Below, in pieces: positions 26,687 through 39,300 of a stretch of 64,000 nt of DNA. The first letter of the stretch is position 1. Every line of letters begins with the position of its first letter. Location of the stretch: positions 56,048,001 to 56,112,000 of the forward strand of contig NC_043012.1 of NCBI RefSeq assembly GCF_006345805.1, in the 5' to 3' direction. Both the position numbers and the translations under genes were made by a program. The DNA is from Octopus sinensis. Taxonomy: Eukaryota. Below the pieces are notes generated by a model that searched no databases, had not been told where the DNA came from, and saw nothing but the letters and a program-made list of their open reading frames with translations.

Positions 26687-27089
26687 ATGGGTTTCTTTCA
26701 GTTTCCATTGATAAATTCACTCACAAGGCTTTGGTCAACCTGGGGCTGTAGTGAAGACACCTGCCCAGGGTGCCATGCTGAGGGACTGAAGCCAAGAACA
26801 CATGGTTAGGAAGTAAATTTCATAACCATGCAATCACACCTGCATGCATACACACACACACGTGTTTATGAACTTAAAATGTGTTTACTGCTAGGTTATA
26901 ACGGAGTACTGTAGCATTAGTATAGTAGGTAGGTAGACTATTGAGAATAAAAGGTTCAAGCTCAAAGCCAACCAACTGATACGTATAGATGATACGTATG
27001 TGAAAATAGCACTGATACAGGGTACACCAATGATAATGGTTGAAATGTGTGGAGGCAGCTCGATTACAGACCTATTTAGATAATGCCAG

Positions 27090-27530
27090 CACAGGAATGA
27101 GGCATTGACGGTGATGTGGGTGCAGGCAGTGATGATGATGATGAGGGCACTGCGATGCTGATGATGATTGTGGTAGCAATGATAATAATAGTGTTAGCAC
27201 TGATGCTGAACGAGGTGGTGGTGCTAGTGATAACAGCGGTGATGATGTTGGTGGTGGTGGTTTTGGCACTGGCAGTGATAATGAAAGGCAGTGGAGCTTA
27301 GTGATGCTGCAGCTGCTAATGATGACGATGATACTGGTGGTAATAATGATGATGGTGAAGACGACAGTGGTTGTGGTGATGATGATGATGATGATGCTAG
27401 CAGTGATAATACTAGCTGTGGTGCTGGAATTGCTAATGAAGGCAATGATAATGGTGGTGTGATGGTGCTACTGGCAGAGATAATGCCAGTTGTAGTGCTG
27501 GCAGCAAAGATAGTGATGGTGATAAGGGAA
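27090..27530 (+). repeat. Degenerate (GAT/GGT/GCT) trinucleotide low-complexity tract
   Basis: Period-3 NGT/NAT/NCT pattern giving low-complexity ORFs on both strands. Confidence 0.85.
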
Positions 27531-28094
27531 GTCATGAAATGGACAGAGAAACTGGACACGTGTAAAGACAATAGAAACTAAGAGGGATTGAAATAATACA
27601 TGAAAGCTAAAAACTCAACAGAGGACGTTTATAGTCAAGAAAACTAGAAAAAAGTCCGGCAGTGATAATTCATCTGAGAAAATGTGGACAGAATTAAATA
27701 ACATCACTGCAAACGTAAACAAACAAATAAATATATAAAAACACGTGAAGACTAAATCAAGATCTAGGTTGTTCCTGCATATAATCTAAGAATCAAAAGG
27801 AAATATACTTTTACAGCAATTAGCTTCAAAAATACTTAAGTTTAATTAGTAGTAAATATAGATTAAAATAAATTAAAAGAATTCTAAGACTTTCTGGCGA
27901 GCTCTAGAAGTGATATCAGTTTTCTTTAAATCTACATCTATGAATGAATGAGACACTCTCTCACACACACACACAACCATCATCACCACTAGTACCCAAA
28001 AACTATCACCATCCTTAACACCACCTTCAGTATCCATATATATACACACACACCTATATATATATATATAATATATACACACACACACACCTAT

Positions 28095-28165
<71 letters not shown>

Positions 28166-28460
28166 CACACACACCTATATATATATATATATGACATACA
28201 CAATAAAAGGGCAGAAAAACAGTAGATATGTGAAGTGAATATATTTATTTAACCTCTCATACCTCCTGCCTTTTTATGGTCTTTACACTTCTCATGAAAT
28301 AATTTCATAGATTAGATCTCCTTCATTTCAGCTGTATAGAATTTTACATTATACTCCTCCTTGTTGAGTTACTGTGTGGTATGATAGCCGGGTCCACTAG
28401 AGGAACTTTCTGTGATTTCCACAGGATCCCTCCATCAATCTATATACTGCACTACAAATA

Positions 28461-28507
<47 letters not shown>

Positions 28508-31420
28508 GAGGCATAGCAAAGTGTTTATTACTATTGCTCCAGATTGACCAATGCCTTGTGAGTAGATATGGAGGATGGAAATTGTAGGAAGCTCATTGCA
28601 TGTACACATGTGTGTGCATATATTGTGTGGGTGTGCTTGTATGACCAACCAGATGCGGTAGATGTTGATAGTTCAATGGCATAACCAAATAAAGTATATT
28701 ATAATAACAATCTTTATTATAGGCACAAAGCCTAAAATTGTGGTGGGAGGAGGCTAGTCGATTACATCAGTACCAGTGCATAACTGGTACTTATTTCAAT
28801 AATCCCGAAAAGATGAAAAGCAAAGTCAACCTCAATGGTATTTGAACTCAGAATGGAAGGACGAATGAAATGTTGCTAAGCATTTTGCCCAGTGTACTAA
28901 AGATTCTGCCAGTTCACCGCCTTGATAATAATAACAATCATCATCATCATCATTTCTATTAAAAGCACAAGACCTGAAATTTGGTAGGAGTGGAGTAGTC
29001 AGTTACATCAACCCCAGTGTTTCACTGGTACTTAATTTATCGACCCTGAAAGGATGAAAGGCAAAGCCAACCTCGGCAGAACTTGAACTAAGAACATAGC
29101 AACGGACAAAATATTGCTAGGCATTTTACCTGGCATGCTAACAATTCTGACAGCTCTTCACCTTAATAATAATATCTTTTCCATTCATCTTTTACCTGCT
29201 TCAGTCACCGGACTGAGGCCAGGGTGGGGCACCGCCTCGAAAAGTTCAGTCAACTAAATCAACCCCAGTACATTTTCGTTTTTAAGCCTAGTACTTATTC
29301 TATTGGTCTCTCTTGCATCCAATTGTAGAAACCAGGCAGACAATGGAGCGCAATGCAGCTCTTGGGCCAATCAGATACTGTCAAACCATTCAACCAACCC
29401 GTGCCACCCAGTATGGAACATAGATGCTAAAAGACAACGGTAGAGAAATAAACTACAGCCATCGATCACAGGTGAAGAGGTCTTGCTATCAGCATCATGC
29501 TTTCACTGGGTGATGCTGTACTTGTGAGCAGACACTCTCATAACTCTCCCCCACATATATATATGGGGGGGGGGAGATGTGATCACTGGTTAGTTAACAA
29601 CCAAGTGTTGAACTTAAAATAAAACTATCTTGGCATTTTGCTCCCTGAGCAAATACACTAATTGGCACTCACCGAAAAGGAAAGATGCCAAGTGGAACAT
29701 TCAAATTAAGTGATAGCGAAATGTTTACAAATTATGCAACTAGGAATATTTATAATAAAGATTTTATAAATATTTAAAAAAGATATTTTAAAAAAATGTA
29801 TATGAATTATAGAAATTTAATTTGAGATAAAGAAAAAAAGAAAACAGCTGGTCTTTTAAAAGGAAACTGCACCACAAATATTTAGCTGTATACTAACAAT
29901 GAACGATACTAATGAGGCTTTATATAAAAATTGATTGTTTCACAAATTACATAGATGCATGAGGCCTGGTGCTGAAACTAGTTTCCAACTTGAAAAAGAA
30001 TCTCTTATTTTGAGTAGATGTGAGAGAGAGAGAGGGGAGGAATCTCTGTATCAATAACTAGGCTGCCTGCCTTTCATATTATAGTTAAACTTTCCAATAA
30101 AAGCCAACTTCTTAGTCTACATCTAGGTGAACTGAGGCATGAGAGAAGAATGATCGTAAACTTTCTTTTCCTTCTGCCAAACAAGAATAAATAATGCACC
30201 AATCAATACGGAAGAATAGAAAGATAAACAGATAAATAATAAATAGTTGTCTAAATAAAAGTTGACCCATATATTAAAAACAAAAAGCAAAACAAATCAA
30301 AAAAATTATTTTCAGCATTAATTAACTTTTTCCTTCCTTGAAATCTACAGTTGTTTGTTGCTTGGTAACTATTGATTTCCAGCTTAAAGTTTTGCTTCAA
30401 GATTTCAAAGACAAGAGTCTTAAGTTACTAAGGATTTATCAATGGATTTTACATAATGATCACCAAATAATCATACAAATATTACATCATCAACATTTAC
30501 TACCAATATCGGAATAATTTCTATCGTACAGTCAAAGAGCACAATAAGGAAATGCAGCCACTTGGAAGACATTCTGTCAAAAAGAATGCAATCAGCAGCA
30601 AAATCCTTCGATCCTTCAATTTTTTGGTTTTTCATTTTAATTGATTTTTATATATATTATTGTTTAGCAAAACCATTTTCTTCAAATGGCCACAAATGAG
30701 CTGGATTTCACCAAGCTCTGCTAGGAATCTGTCCCACCCCACCACCACCACCACCACCACTGCTAGCACCCCATTAATTTTGGTAGTTCCTCAATCTCAT
30801 GTCTCAACTAATAATGATCAATATAGTCAAGTGGTCTTTGTCCTCTATTAGAGTGTGAATGTCTCTAGTGGCTGTGTGGTTAAGAAGCTTGCTTCACAAT
30901 CACGAGGTTTTTGGTTCAGTCCCACTGTGTGGCACCTTGGGCAAGTGTCTTCTGCTATAGCATGGAGCCAACCAAAGGATTGTGAGTGAATTTGTTAAAA
31001 AGAAACTGAAAGACTCGAGCGAGTGCATGTGTGAGTATTCATTTGAAGTTTCTTTTAAATCCTATTGTATTTCTATAAATATTAGGAACTATATAAAAAA
31101 AAAAATTAATATTTTATGTATTGCAGAATTATAATTAATTTACTGCACATAAATTTTAATGACAAAATCATATATGGACCCCTTTCCCTCACTGAGGTTC
31201 ATGAGGACCCTAATTAAGAATCACTAGTATAACCCGTGTAAGCATGGAAAGGAGAAATGGGCATTAAATGATTGTTATATGGTTTCATGTTCAGCAAAGC
31301 CTACTCTGCATTGAGCAACCATAGTATAGCGAGCAGAATGCATTGATAAATCATTGAAACTATTACTAAAGGTATTCTAGGTATGTCTATCCTGGCTTTA
31401 GGCATATATATATATTGTAG

Positions 31421-32041
31421 TTAAGATACCCGTGCCGGTGGCACGTAACCTCTCGAAAGAGCTGTTCTGCACTCCTGCTCCAGAGCGTCGGCTGCGGGGT
31501 CATTCCGAAAAGCTCTACCTGCGACGATTTCATCTCAATCGAAGGAGAGGAGCTTTCTCCGTCCGGGTTGCGGATCCGTGGAACAAGCTGCCAGACGAGA
31601 TGGTGAAGATGCCGACGACCGCTTTGTTCAAAGCCTCCCTTGACCTCAAGTGGCCTGAACTCTTTACATGAACACCACCCTGTACTTAACTCCATGTCCC
31701 ACTACATGGCCTTGCTATTTGCTTTTGAGCCAAATTAACTAACTAACTAACTAACTAACATCTGAACGTGGCTGATGCCAGCGCTGCCTGACTGACGTCC
31801 GTGTCGGTGACGCGTAAAAAGCACCAACCGATCGTGGCCGCTTGCCAGCCACCTCTGGCCCCTGTACCAGTGGCACGTAAAAAGCACTCACTACACTCAC
31901 AGAGTGGTTAGTGTTAGGAAGGGCATCCAGCTGTAGAAATACTGTCAGATCAGACTGGGCCTGGTGCAGCCTTCTGGCTTCCCAGACCCCGGTCGAACTG
32001 TCCAACCCATGCTAGCATGGAAAACGGACGTTAAACGATGA

Positions 32042-32045
<4 letters not shown>
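31421..32045 (+). mobile_element. SINE family C copy interrupted by CR1 fragment
   Basis: 5' piece CCCGTGCCGGTGGCACGTAA (to 31448) and 3' piece from 31760 (ATCTGAACGTGGCTGATGCC...) run to the GATGATGAT tail. Confidence 0.8.
31449..31759 (+). mobile_element. 5'-truncated CR1-clade LINE 3' end with (TAAC)n tail
   Basis: Open frame ...RLRGHSEKLYLRRFHLNRRRGAFSVRVADPWNKLPDEMVKMPTTALFKASLDLKWPELFT* (stop 31669-31671) matches the CR1 ORF2 C-terminal motif (RGHS.KL...FSVRV...WN.LP...FK..LD). Followed by a short 3'UTR and TAAC repeats. CpG-rich, so probably young. Confidence 0.85.
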
Positions 32046-32082
<37 letters not shown>

Positions 32083-32885
32083 AGAATACATTTTCAAGTA
32101 CCTTCTTTCATAAAAACTATCAGGTGTAACACGAGCAAGATCTAGCTGGTATTTCTAGCATGTCTAACACACACAGTGAGGTGTTCTCAGTAGTTAGCAT
32201 ACCAAGTTGTTGTTTAATACATCAACCTTGACCAAAAAGTGGCTAGAAATAGCAGCTAAATCTCCCTCATACCAATTTTAACTTTTTTGTTAATGGGGAG
32301 ATATAGTACTTCCTTGGGTCATATCCTGAATACCTCCAACCAGAGGTTTGTTCAATTGAGGTGAATTTTGAGTTAAACATCTCTCTTACTGAGGACACAG
32401 AAGAAGAGAATCTACCAAAGAAGTACACAACCTCCACACTACCACACAACTATACTATACAATACTACAAGGAATATTTTCAAAATGAACCTATACAAAA
32501 GACATAAATCAGAAAGTAGCAGAAATAAATTGATCTATTCTAAATTTGATCCTCAAACCATTTCATTAACTGATTGGTTCCAAAATATGGAATGCAGAAT
32601 TCCATTAATTTATAATTAATAAATATTGATCTTTAACAAACACAAAAGGCCACAAAGTTATTGAGGAGGAGGGATGGTATTATCAATTAGGTAAACTCCA
32701 GTACTTTGTTGGTACTTTATTTTTATTGACTCTGAAAGATGAAAGGTGAGGTCAGCCTTGATTAGGGAGGGGATTCGAACTCAGAACTTTAAGATATTCA
32801 CTGGAGTCAAATCAAGACTAAATCCCCTGCTACAGAATAATCAACCTTGTAATTAACCAATCTGTCACAACCACTCTGTCCCACG

Positions 32886-33181
32886 GAGGCACATGGCCTA
32901 GTGGTTAGAGCAGCGGAATTGCGGTCGCAGGATCACAGGTTCGAATCTCAGACCAGGCAATGTGTGTGTTTATGAGTGAAACACCTAAGCTCCACATGGC
33001 TCTGGCAGAAGGTAATGGCGAACTTCTGCTGACTCTTTCGCCACAACTTTCTCTCACTCTTTCCTCCTGCATCTTGCAGTTCACCTGCAACGGACCGGTG
33101 TCCCGTCCAGGTGAGGAACCTATATGCCAAGGAAACCGGCCCTTATGAGCCAGGCATGGCTCGAGAAGGAACAAACAACGA
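32886..33181 (+). mobile_element. SINE family D (tRNA-derived) with 11-13 bp TSD
   Basis: A box TGGCCTAGTGG, B box GGTTCGAATC, tail GAGCCAGGCATGGCTCGAGAAGGAACAAACAAC. TSD ACTCTGTCCCA at 32873-32883 and 33182-33192. Confidence 0.85.
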
Positions 33182-33246
33182 ACTCTGTCCCATGCACACT
33201 GATTTTCTGAACACAAATTCCACAATGAATGGTCAGAGTATATAGC

Positions 33247-33575
33247 ATGTGTGTGGCTCAGTGGTTAGACCATCAGACTCACAATCATGAGGTAGAGAGT
33301 TCATTTCCCAGACTGGGTTGTGTGTTGTGTTCTTGAGCAAGACATTTTATTCCACATTGCTCCAGTTCACTCAGCTGTAGAAATGAGTTGCAACGTTACT
33401 GGTGCCAAGCTGTATTGGCCTTTGCCTTTCCCTTGGATAACATCAGTGGAGGGTGGGGTTTGGTATGCATGGGTGACTGCTAGTCTTCCACAAAGAACCT
33501 TGCCTGGACTTGTGCCTCAGAGGGGAACTTTCTAGGTGCAATCCCATGGTCATTCATGACCGATGGAGTTCTTTA
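33247..33575 (+). mobile_element. SINE family E (tRNA head plus GTGTTCTTGAGCAAGAC...GCTCCAGTTCACTCAGCTG core)
   Basis: A-box-like GTGGCTCAGTGG and the core block shared with 15042-15289(-), 21650-21940(-), 55515-55790(+) and 57380-57640(-), which carry different tails. Confidence 0.75.
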
Positions 33576-34087
33576 TATATGCATTATATAAATCTTTTGA
33601 AAATATATATATATAACTTTATTGCAAATTTTTGTTGTCACCTTACTGGCACCTGTGGTGGTGGCATGTGTAAAAAGATTTGAGCGAGGTCATTGCCAGT
33701 ACCGTCTGACTGGCCCCCGTGCCGGTGGCACGTAAAAAGCACCCACTACACTCTTGGAGTGGTTGGCGTTAGGAAGGGCATCCAGCTGTAGAAACTCTGC
33801 CAGATCAAGATTAGGTCCTGGTGCAGCCATCTGGTTCGCCAGCCCTCAGTCAAAATCGTCCAACCCATGCTAGCATGGAAAGCGGACTTTAAACAATGAT
33901 GATGAATGACATAGCCCACATCCCATCAAAATATTTCCACACCCTACTAATGAGGTGTGCAGCACAACTAATCAAAGCAATTGTCAGTAGAATAGTGAGA
34001 ACAGTTAAATCAACCAAGCCCAACCCTCAAATTTCTGGCTTTGTGCATGTCAGAAAATTATTAAAATTTATTAAGCATATCACTTAC

Positions 34088-34276
34088 CTTTCCATTCTTG
34101 TACCAGAGAATAGCATGGTTCCTTGACAGAACTTTGCAGTCAAATGTGCCATTGCTGGGTGATGGACGTGCCCTAGCAACAGATCTACCCACTTTGACTG
34201 GTTCATGAAGAGTTATGTGCCGTGCTAGGAATGGGTGTGAATTTGGTGTACATGTTAAAATGGCCACAGCTGACAT
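34088..34276 (-). CDS. SLMAP: SLMAP coding exon 1 (N-terminal half of FHA domain, 63 aa)
   Basis: Translates [63 protein letters not shown]. This matches the SLMAP N-terminus (vertebrate ...CRPNSHPFQERHVYLDEPIKIGRSVAR...[14 protein letters not shown]). It ends at a phase-0 donor AAG|GTAAGT, has an in-frame TGA 9 nt upstream of the ATG, and an acceptor TTTTCAG| opens the exon at 34313. Confidence 0.96.
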
Positions 34277-34313
34277 TGCTGGTCATTTAGCCTCCCCTTT
34301 AACCTGAAAAATA
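34277..34313 (-). other. SLMAP: 5'UTR part of SLMAP first coding exon
   Basis: Lies between a T-rich acceptor (...TTATTTATTTTTCAG|, exon starts 34313) and the ATG at 34276, which implies at least one upstream non-coding exon. Confidence 0.75.
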
Positions 34314-34356
34314 AATAATAATAATATTAAACAACAACAATAAACAATAATAATCA

Positions 34357-34765
34357 TCCTTTCTACTATAAGCACTAGGCCTGAAATTTTGGGGTGGGAG
34401 CTAGTCAATTACATCGACCCCAGTGTGTAACTGGTACTTATTTCATTGATCCCAAAAGATGAAAGGCTAAGTCAACCTTGGTGGAATTTGAACTCAGAAT
34501 GCAAAACAGACAAAAATGCTAATCACTTTGCCCAGTGTGCTAGCGAATCTGCCAGCTCGCCACTTTCAATAATGGTGTCAAATTTTGGTAATAAGGCCAA
34601 TAGATTTGCGGAAGGGGCTAAGTGAATTACATTGACCCCCAGTGTCCATTTTACTGACCTAGAAAGGATGAAAGGCAAAGTAACTTTGGTGGAATTTGAA
34701 CTCAGAACATAAATACATGCTAAGCATTCTGCCCAGGACTGCAACGATTTTGCCAGCTCACTGCC

Positions 34766-34770
<5 letters not shown>
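34357..34770 (-). mobile_element. Tandem pair of SINE family B just upstream of SLMAP coding exon 1
   Basis: Two head-to-tail units bounded by (TAA)n. Similar tandem pairs at 24930-25270, 28720-29170 and 60480-60810; singles at 8960-9143, 35170-35380, 38950-39290, 51430-51650, 61610-61800. Confidence 0.8.
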
Positions 34771-34811
<41 letters not shown>

Positions 34812-35626
34812 ACGATAAGTAGAGTGTAATAAAACACAGACTGATCTTTCTTCATTGAACAATATTTTGGTAGTATGATTTCTTCGGGTTCAAAATGAGA
34901 AACACACAGCTCTGCAAAAGTTCGAAATTTCAACAGAACTATCCTGCATTGAATTTCTGCATTCCTGTGTAGTTTTCATTTTGAACATGGAAACAAAAGG
35001 ACTACCCAACTATTGTTCAATACAATAAACAAAATCAATCTGTTTGATCAAATATCACATCACGCTCATCTAATTGTATTTTCACTTTCATGAAAAGCTT
35101 ACATCTATCTCCATAAATTATTATTATTATTAACATTATTAGTTATTATTATTATCAATTATTATTATTAAGGTGGCAAGCTGGCAGAACCATTAGCATG
35201 CCAAGCAAAATGCTTTAGCAGTATTCCACTTGTCTTTACTTTCCGAGATCAAATTCCACTGAAGTTGACTTTGCTTTTCATCCTTTCGGGGGTTGATAAA
35301 ATAGCTACCAATGAAACACTGAGATTGATTTAATCAACTAGTCCCCTCCACCAAAATTTCAGGTCTCATGCCTATAGCAGATAAGGTTTTCTTTATTACC
35401 ACTTTAACATACAATTATTATCAACAACGGTGGATATGTGAGGGTGGACAATTAACAAAAAGATGAATTGGTTTGGTTGTACTTAAGAAACTATATTAAG
35501 CTCAGATGTCTGAAGCATGATGCTTCACACTGCTAGAGTGTTGTGTGAAGAGGTATGTTGATGAGGATGAGGCATTAGACTTTGAGAGTATTGGAATGAA
35601 GAGAAATAACTTTTTAAAAAAAACTT

Positions 35627-36312
35627 AGAGAGAGAGGGGGGGAGAGGGAACGGTGAGAGAGAGAGAGGGAGAGAACGGTGAGAGAGAGAGAGAGGGAGGG
35701 AGAGAACGGTGAGAGAGAGAGGGAGAGAACGGTGAGAGAGAGGGAGAGAACGGTGAGAGAGAGAGAACGGGTGAGAGAGAGAGAGAGAGAACGGAGAGAG
35801 GGAGAGAGAGAACGGAGAGAGAGAGAGAGTGAACGGAGAGAGAGAGAGAGAACGGAGAGAGAGAGAGAGAGAGAGAACGGTGCGAGAGAGAGAGTGAACG
35901 GTGAAAGAGAGAGAGTGAGAGAGAGAATGGTGAGAGAAAGTGAGAGAGAGAGAGAACAGTGAGAGAGAGAGAGAGAGAACGGTGAGAGAGAGAGAGAGAA
36001 CGGTGAGAACGGTGAGAGAGAGAGAGAGAGAACGGTGAGAACGGTGAGAGAGAGAGAGAGAGAACGGTGAGAGAGAGAGAGAGAGAGAACGGTGAGAGAG
36101 AGAGAGAGAACGGTGAGAGAGAGAGAGAGAGAACGGTGAGAGAGGAGAGAGAGAGAACGGTGAGAGAGAGAGAGAGAACGGTGAGAGAGAGAGAGAGAGA
36201 ACGGTGAGAGAGAGAGAGAGAGAACGGTGAGAGAGAGAGAGAGAACAGTGAGAGCGAGAGAGAGAGAGAACGGTGAGAGCGAGAGAGAGAGAGAAAGAGA
36301 GTGAACAGTGAG
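35627..36312 (+). repeat. Compound (GA)n satellite punctuated by GAACGGTGA
   Basis: Over 25 GAAC(G/A)G(T)GA spacers separated by variable-length (GA)n runs. Confidence 0.95.
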
Positions 36313-39300
36313 AAAGTTAAAATTGTTATGCCTTATATATACTCTGACCCAATATAACTTTGGGCATTTAATATAAAATTTCTTATTTTCAGACCTATGT
36401 TCCAAACTTTTGGCATGACTGCAGATACAACTATGACATCTGTTATATCTATATATAACAGCAAAAAAAAATATATATATATATATATATCTGCTAAGGT
36501 AACAAAGTAAAATGTAACTTGTAAATATTGTTGTTGGTATATTTGGTAGACAAGAAGATAATTAATTGCAGATCATGAATGGAGAGAGATAGGTGCAGAG
36601 AAAGAGGGAGAGAGAGAGATAACTCTAGACAGATGTTGGGAAATTAATTGACAACTACAGCTAAGATAATGAGGAAGGATATCAATTCATATGGTCACTT
36701 GCAACATTTTCATTTGCATTCATATACAGAGGTCCAATAATTAATTGAACATTTAGCATCATAATAGCAGAAGCTCAGCTAAAATCTTTTCATCATTTCA
36801 AATCTCTGCCTTATTAATTAATTGCTATGACCAAAAACTTCCTTTTCTCCTGGACAACGTGACACACAATAATATCTGACTAAACAGATAATTAAATGTC
36901 ATTCATAAAGTAAGACAGGTCTGTATACCATGAAAAGAACCGATGCTAACTCATATCGGACCAAGCTTCTCCTTCGAAAAGATAAAGAAAAGCATACTGG
37001 AAATAAGATAATTACGTATAACTTCACCTGGTCCCAATGAAATGGCAATGGGTTTACAGTAAGAGAAGACATTCAATAATTTCCAATTTTAGATTTAAAA
37101 TCCTTCTGATGTGGAGTTAGATATTTACTGTTATGTCTTCATGAGATGAAAAGCGAAGAAACACAGATGCATTATGAAAATTTAAAACTAAAATTTGGTG
37201 ATCAGTTGAATGAATGTTCCATTAATTTCCTTATGAGGCACAAACTACTTGTGAAATAGCCAATCATTTATTTCTAAGTCCTTGGAAACTGAGGTTTTTT
37301 AATTTGCCAAGTTTATATTGTTCATCTCTGCAGCAGCCACCACCACCACCTATGACTACATAAGAAAAGGTTGAGCAATTAACTAAATACAGTAGGCAAG
37401 TCCTGACTGGAACAGAACTATAAATCACTTACTGCATAGTGTGACCTAGTTCAGACTGAAGCCTTGCATATCTGGGATGTTGTACTTGTGGAATGTTCCC
37501 AGGTGTTCAATTAACTCATTTCCTACCCAATTACAGTTCATCAAGGCTATTAAAAATGATAACTACATGCCATAAATCTCTTATCAGAAAGTTAATCATA
37601 TTAGAGATCATCACTAGCATCATTGCCGCTGTTTCAACATCCACTTTTCTATGCTTGTATGGGTCAGACGAAATTTGTTGAGGCAGATTTTCTATGGCGA
37701 GATGTCATTCCTGCTGCTCGTTTCCAAGCAAAATAATATTTCTCCATGACCGGACATGCTTTTCATGAAAGTCTGGAAACTAACAACATTGCTTGTAAGA
37801 CAAGGAAGCTTGCTTACAATCATCACACGATTTCAAGACAAGGGCACACACACGGCACATTTCTTTCCGTTTCTGTCTACTAAAATCCACTCACAAGGCT
37901 TCAGTCAGCCACAGGAGCAATAGTAAGACACTTACACAAGGTGCCAGACAGTGGCACTGTACCTGAAGCCACACAGTTGGGAAGCAAGCTTCTTAACCAC
38001 ACATCCATGCCAGAGCTTCTTTTTTTTTTTTTTCAATTTAGAGAAACACATCAGTAGTCTACTACAAGAGATAGCATTTATGACTAGTAAAGGGTTAAAG
38101 AAACAATGAGTTAAAAGGAAGTCCTTAAAAAACTGAAGAGTAGTTGAAAATCTGAGAGGAATGAAGAGACATGGAACATATTAAAGGATGCTAACTGAGC
38201 ATTTTAGCAAGTTGTTTAAGGATGTTAGCTGAGATATAATCAGACACAGGCAGACTACTAGCTACAGCTCTACAGCTAAAAAGAGAAAGTAGGTGGCTTT
38301 ACATAATGAATAAGAGATGATATAAGAAAATTAACTGTTGAGAAGAAAAGGGTATTTGTTTACAGAGTTGCTAACAAGCAAGGCAGTGTTGCTGACAGAA
38401 CCATTAGGAGAAGAGTGGGTGAGAAGAATGTACAAGTTGATAAAAAAGAATTGGGTCAAAGACCCAAAATTCTTGGCTAAAATTGGGGAACGATAAAATG
38501 TAGTTGGCATTTATAAATGCAGCTTTTGTTTTAGTTGTTAGTGCGGAAGGGCTTTTTATGACGCGAAAAGAAATATATCAGTTTCTAGTTTATGCGATGT
38601 AACTTGTTACTAACAAATAAACAGAACTTCATGTACAGCAGACATTCTAAACAAAATCCTAAAAGTATTTTAAAAAACAATTTTTCTCATTAACAAAAGA
38701 TAATTTGATTGAAGATGCTTTAATACATTAAATAATAAACAGTAACAATGACACCTCCCCACCACCACAATAATAACAGTTCGGTTTTAAAGATGGAACT
38801 TTAAGTAGATAAAGCTATTAATAAAAACATGTAAATATAAGGTTAAAAACCCACTGAATGGGAAAAGTCAAAGGTAGTTTCTAAAATTACATGATGTAAA
38901 TAATAATAATAATAATGTTCTATAGATAAAAGAGATGTAAAATGCTTAATGATAATGGTTTCAAATTTTGCCACAAGGGCAGCAATTTTGTGGGAGGGGA
39001 TGAGTCAATTACATTGACCCCAGTGTTTAACTGGTACTTATTTTATCAGCTCCGAAAGGATGAAAGGTAGAATTTGAACTCAGAATGTACCAATAATAAT
39101 AGTGTTTTAATATGCAAGCCAGCAGAACTGTTAGAATGTAAAGATGGACAAAATGCTGCTAAGTGTCTGGTCTGGTGTGCAGAGTTCAAATTCTGCCACG
39201 GTCAACTTTGCCTTTCATTCTTTCAGGATCAATGTAATTAACCCTGCCTTTCCACTGAAACTGCTGGCCTTGTGCCAAATTTGAAACCAATATTTATTTA

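Noticed and set aside
27072-27581. Acidic Asp/Gly-rich ORF and hydrophobic overlapping ORFs
   Set aside because: Degenerate trinucleotide tract, open in several frames on both strands.
28290-28335. Minus-strand hammerhead-like CTGAAATGAAGGAGA...TCTATGAAA next to (TA)n
   Set aside because: Core interrupted, stem II mismatched, no stem I partner; possibly an old PLE end but unsupported.
29544-29577. C-rich/G-rich hairpin around (AT)5
   Set aside because: Imperfect and built from homopolymers; expected by chance.
32267-32449. 60 aa minus-strand ORF in intron
   Set aside because: No recognisable homology, and it overlaps a family G repeat end.
36900-37060. Splice-like signals (TTTTCGAAG|, CAG|GTGAAG) in non-repeat DNA upstream of the start exon
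   Set aside because: Signals are inconsistent (would need a ~56 nt intron or a weak donor); cannot define an exon.
38100-38500. Purine-rich segment faintly resembling an RTE endonuclease-RT linker
   Set aside because: Too degenerate; no diagnostic motif recovered.
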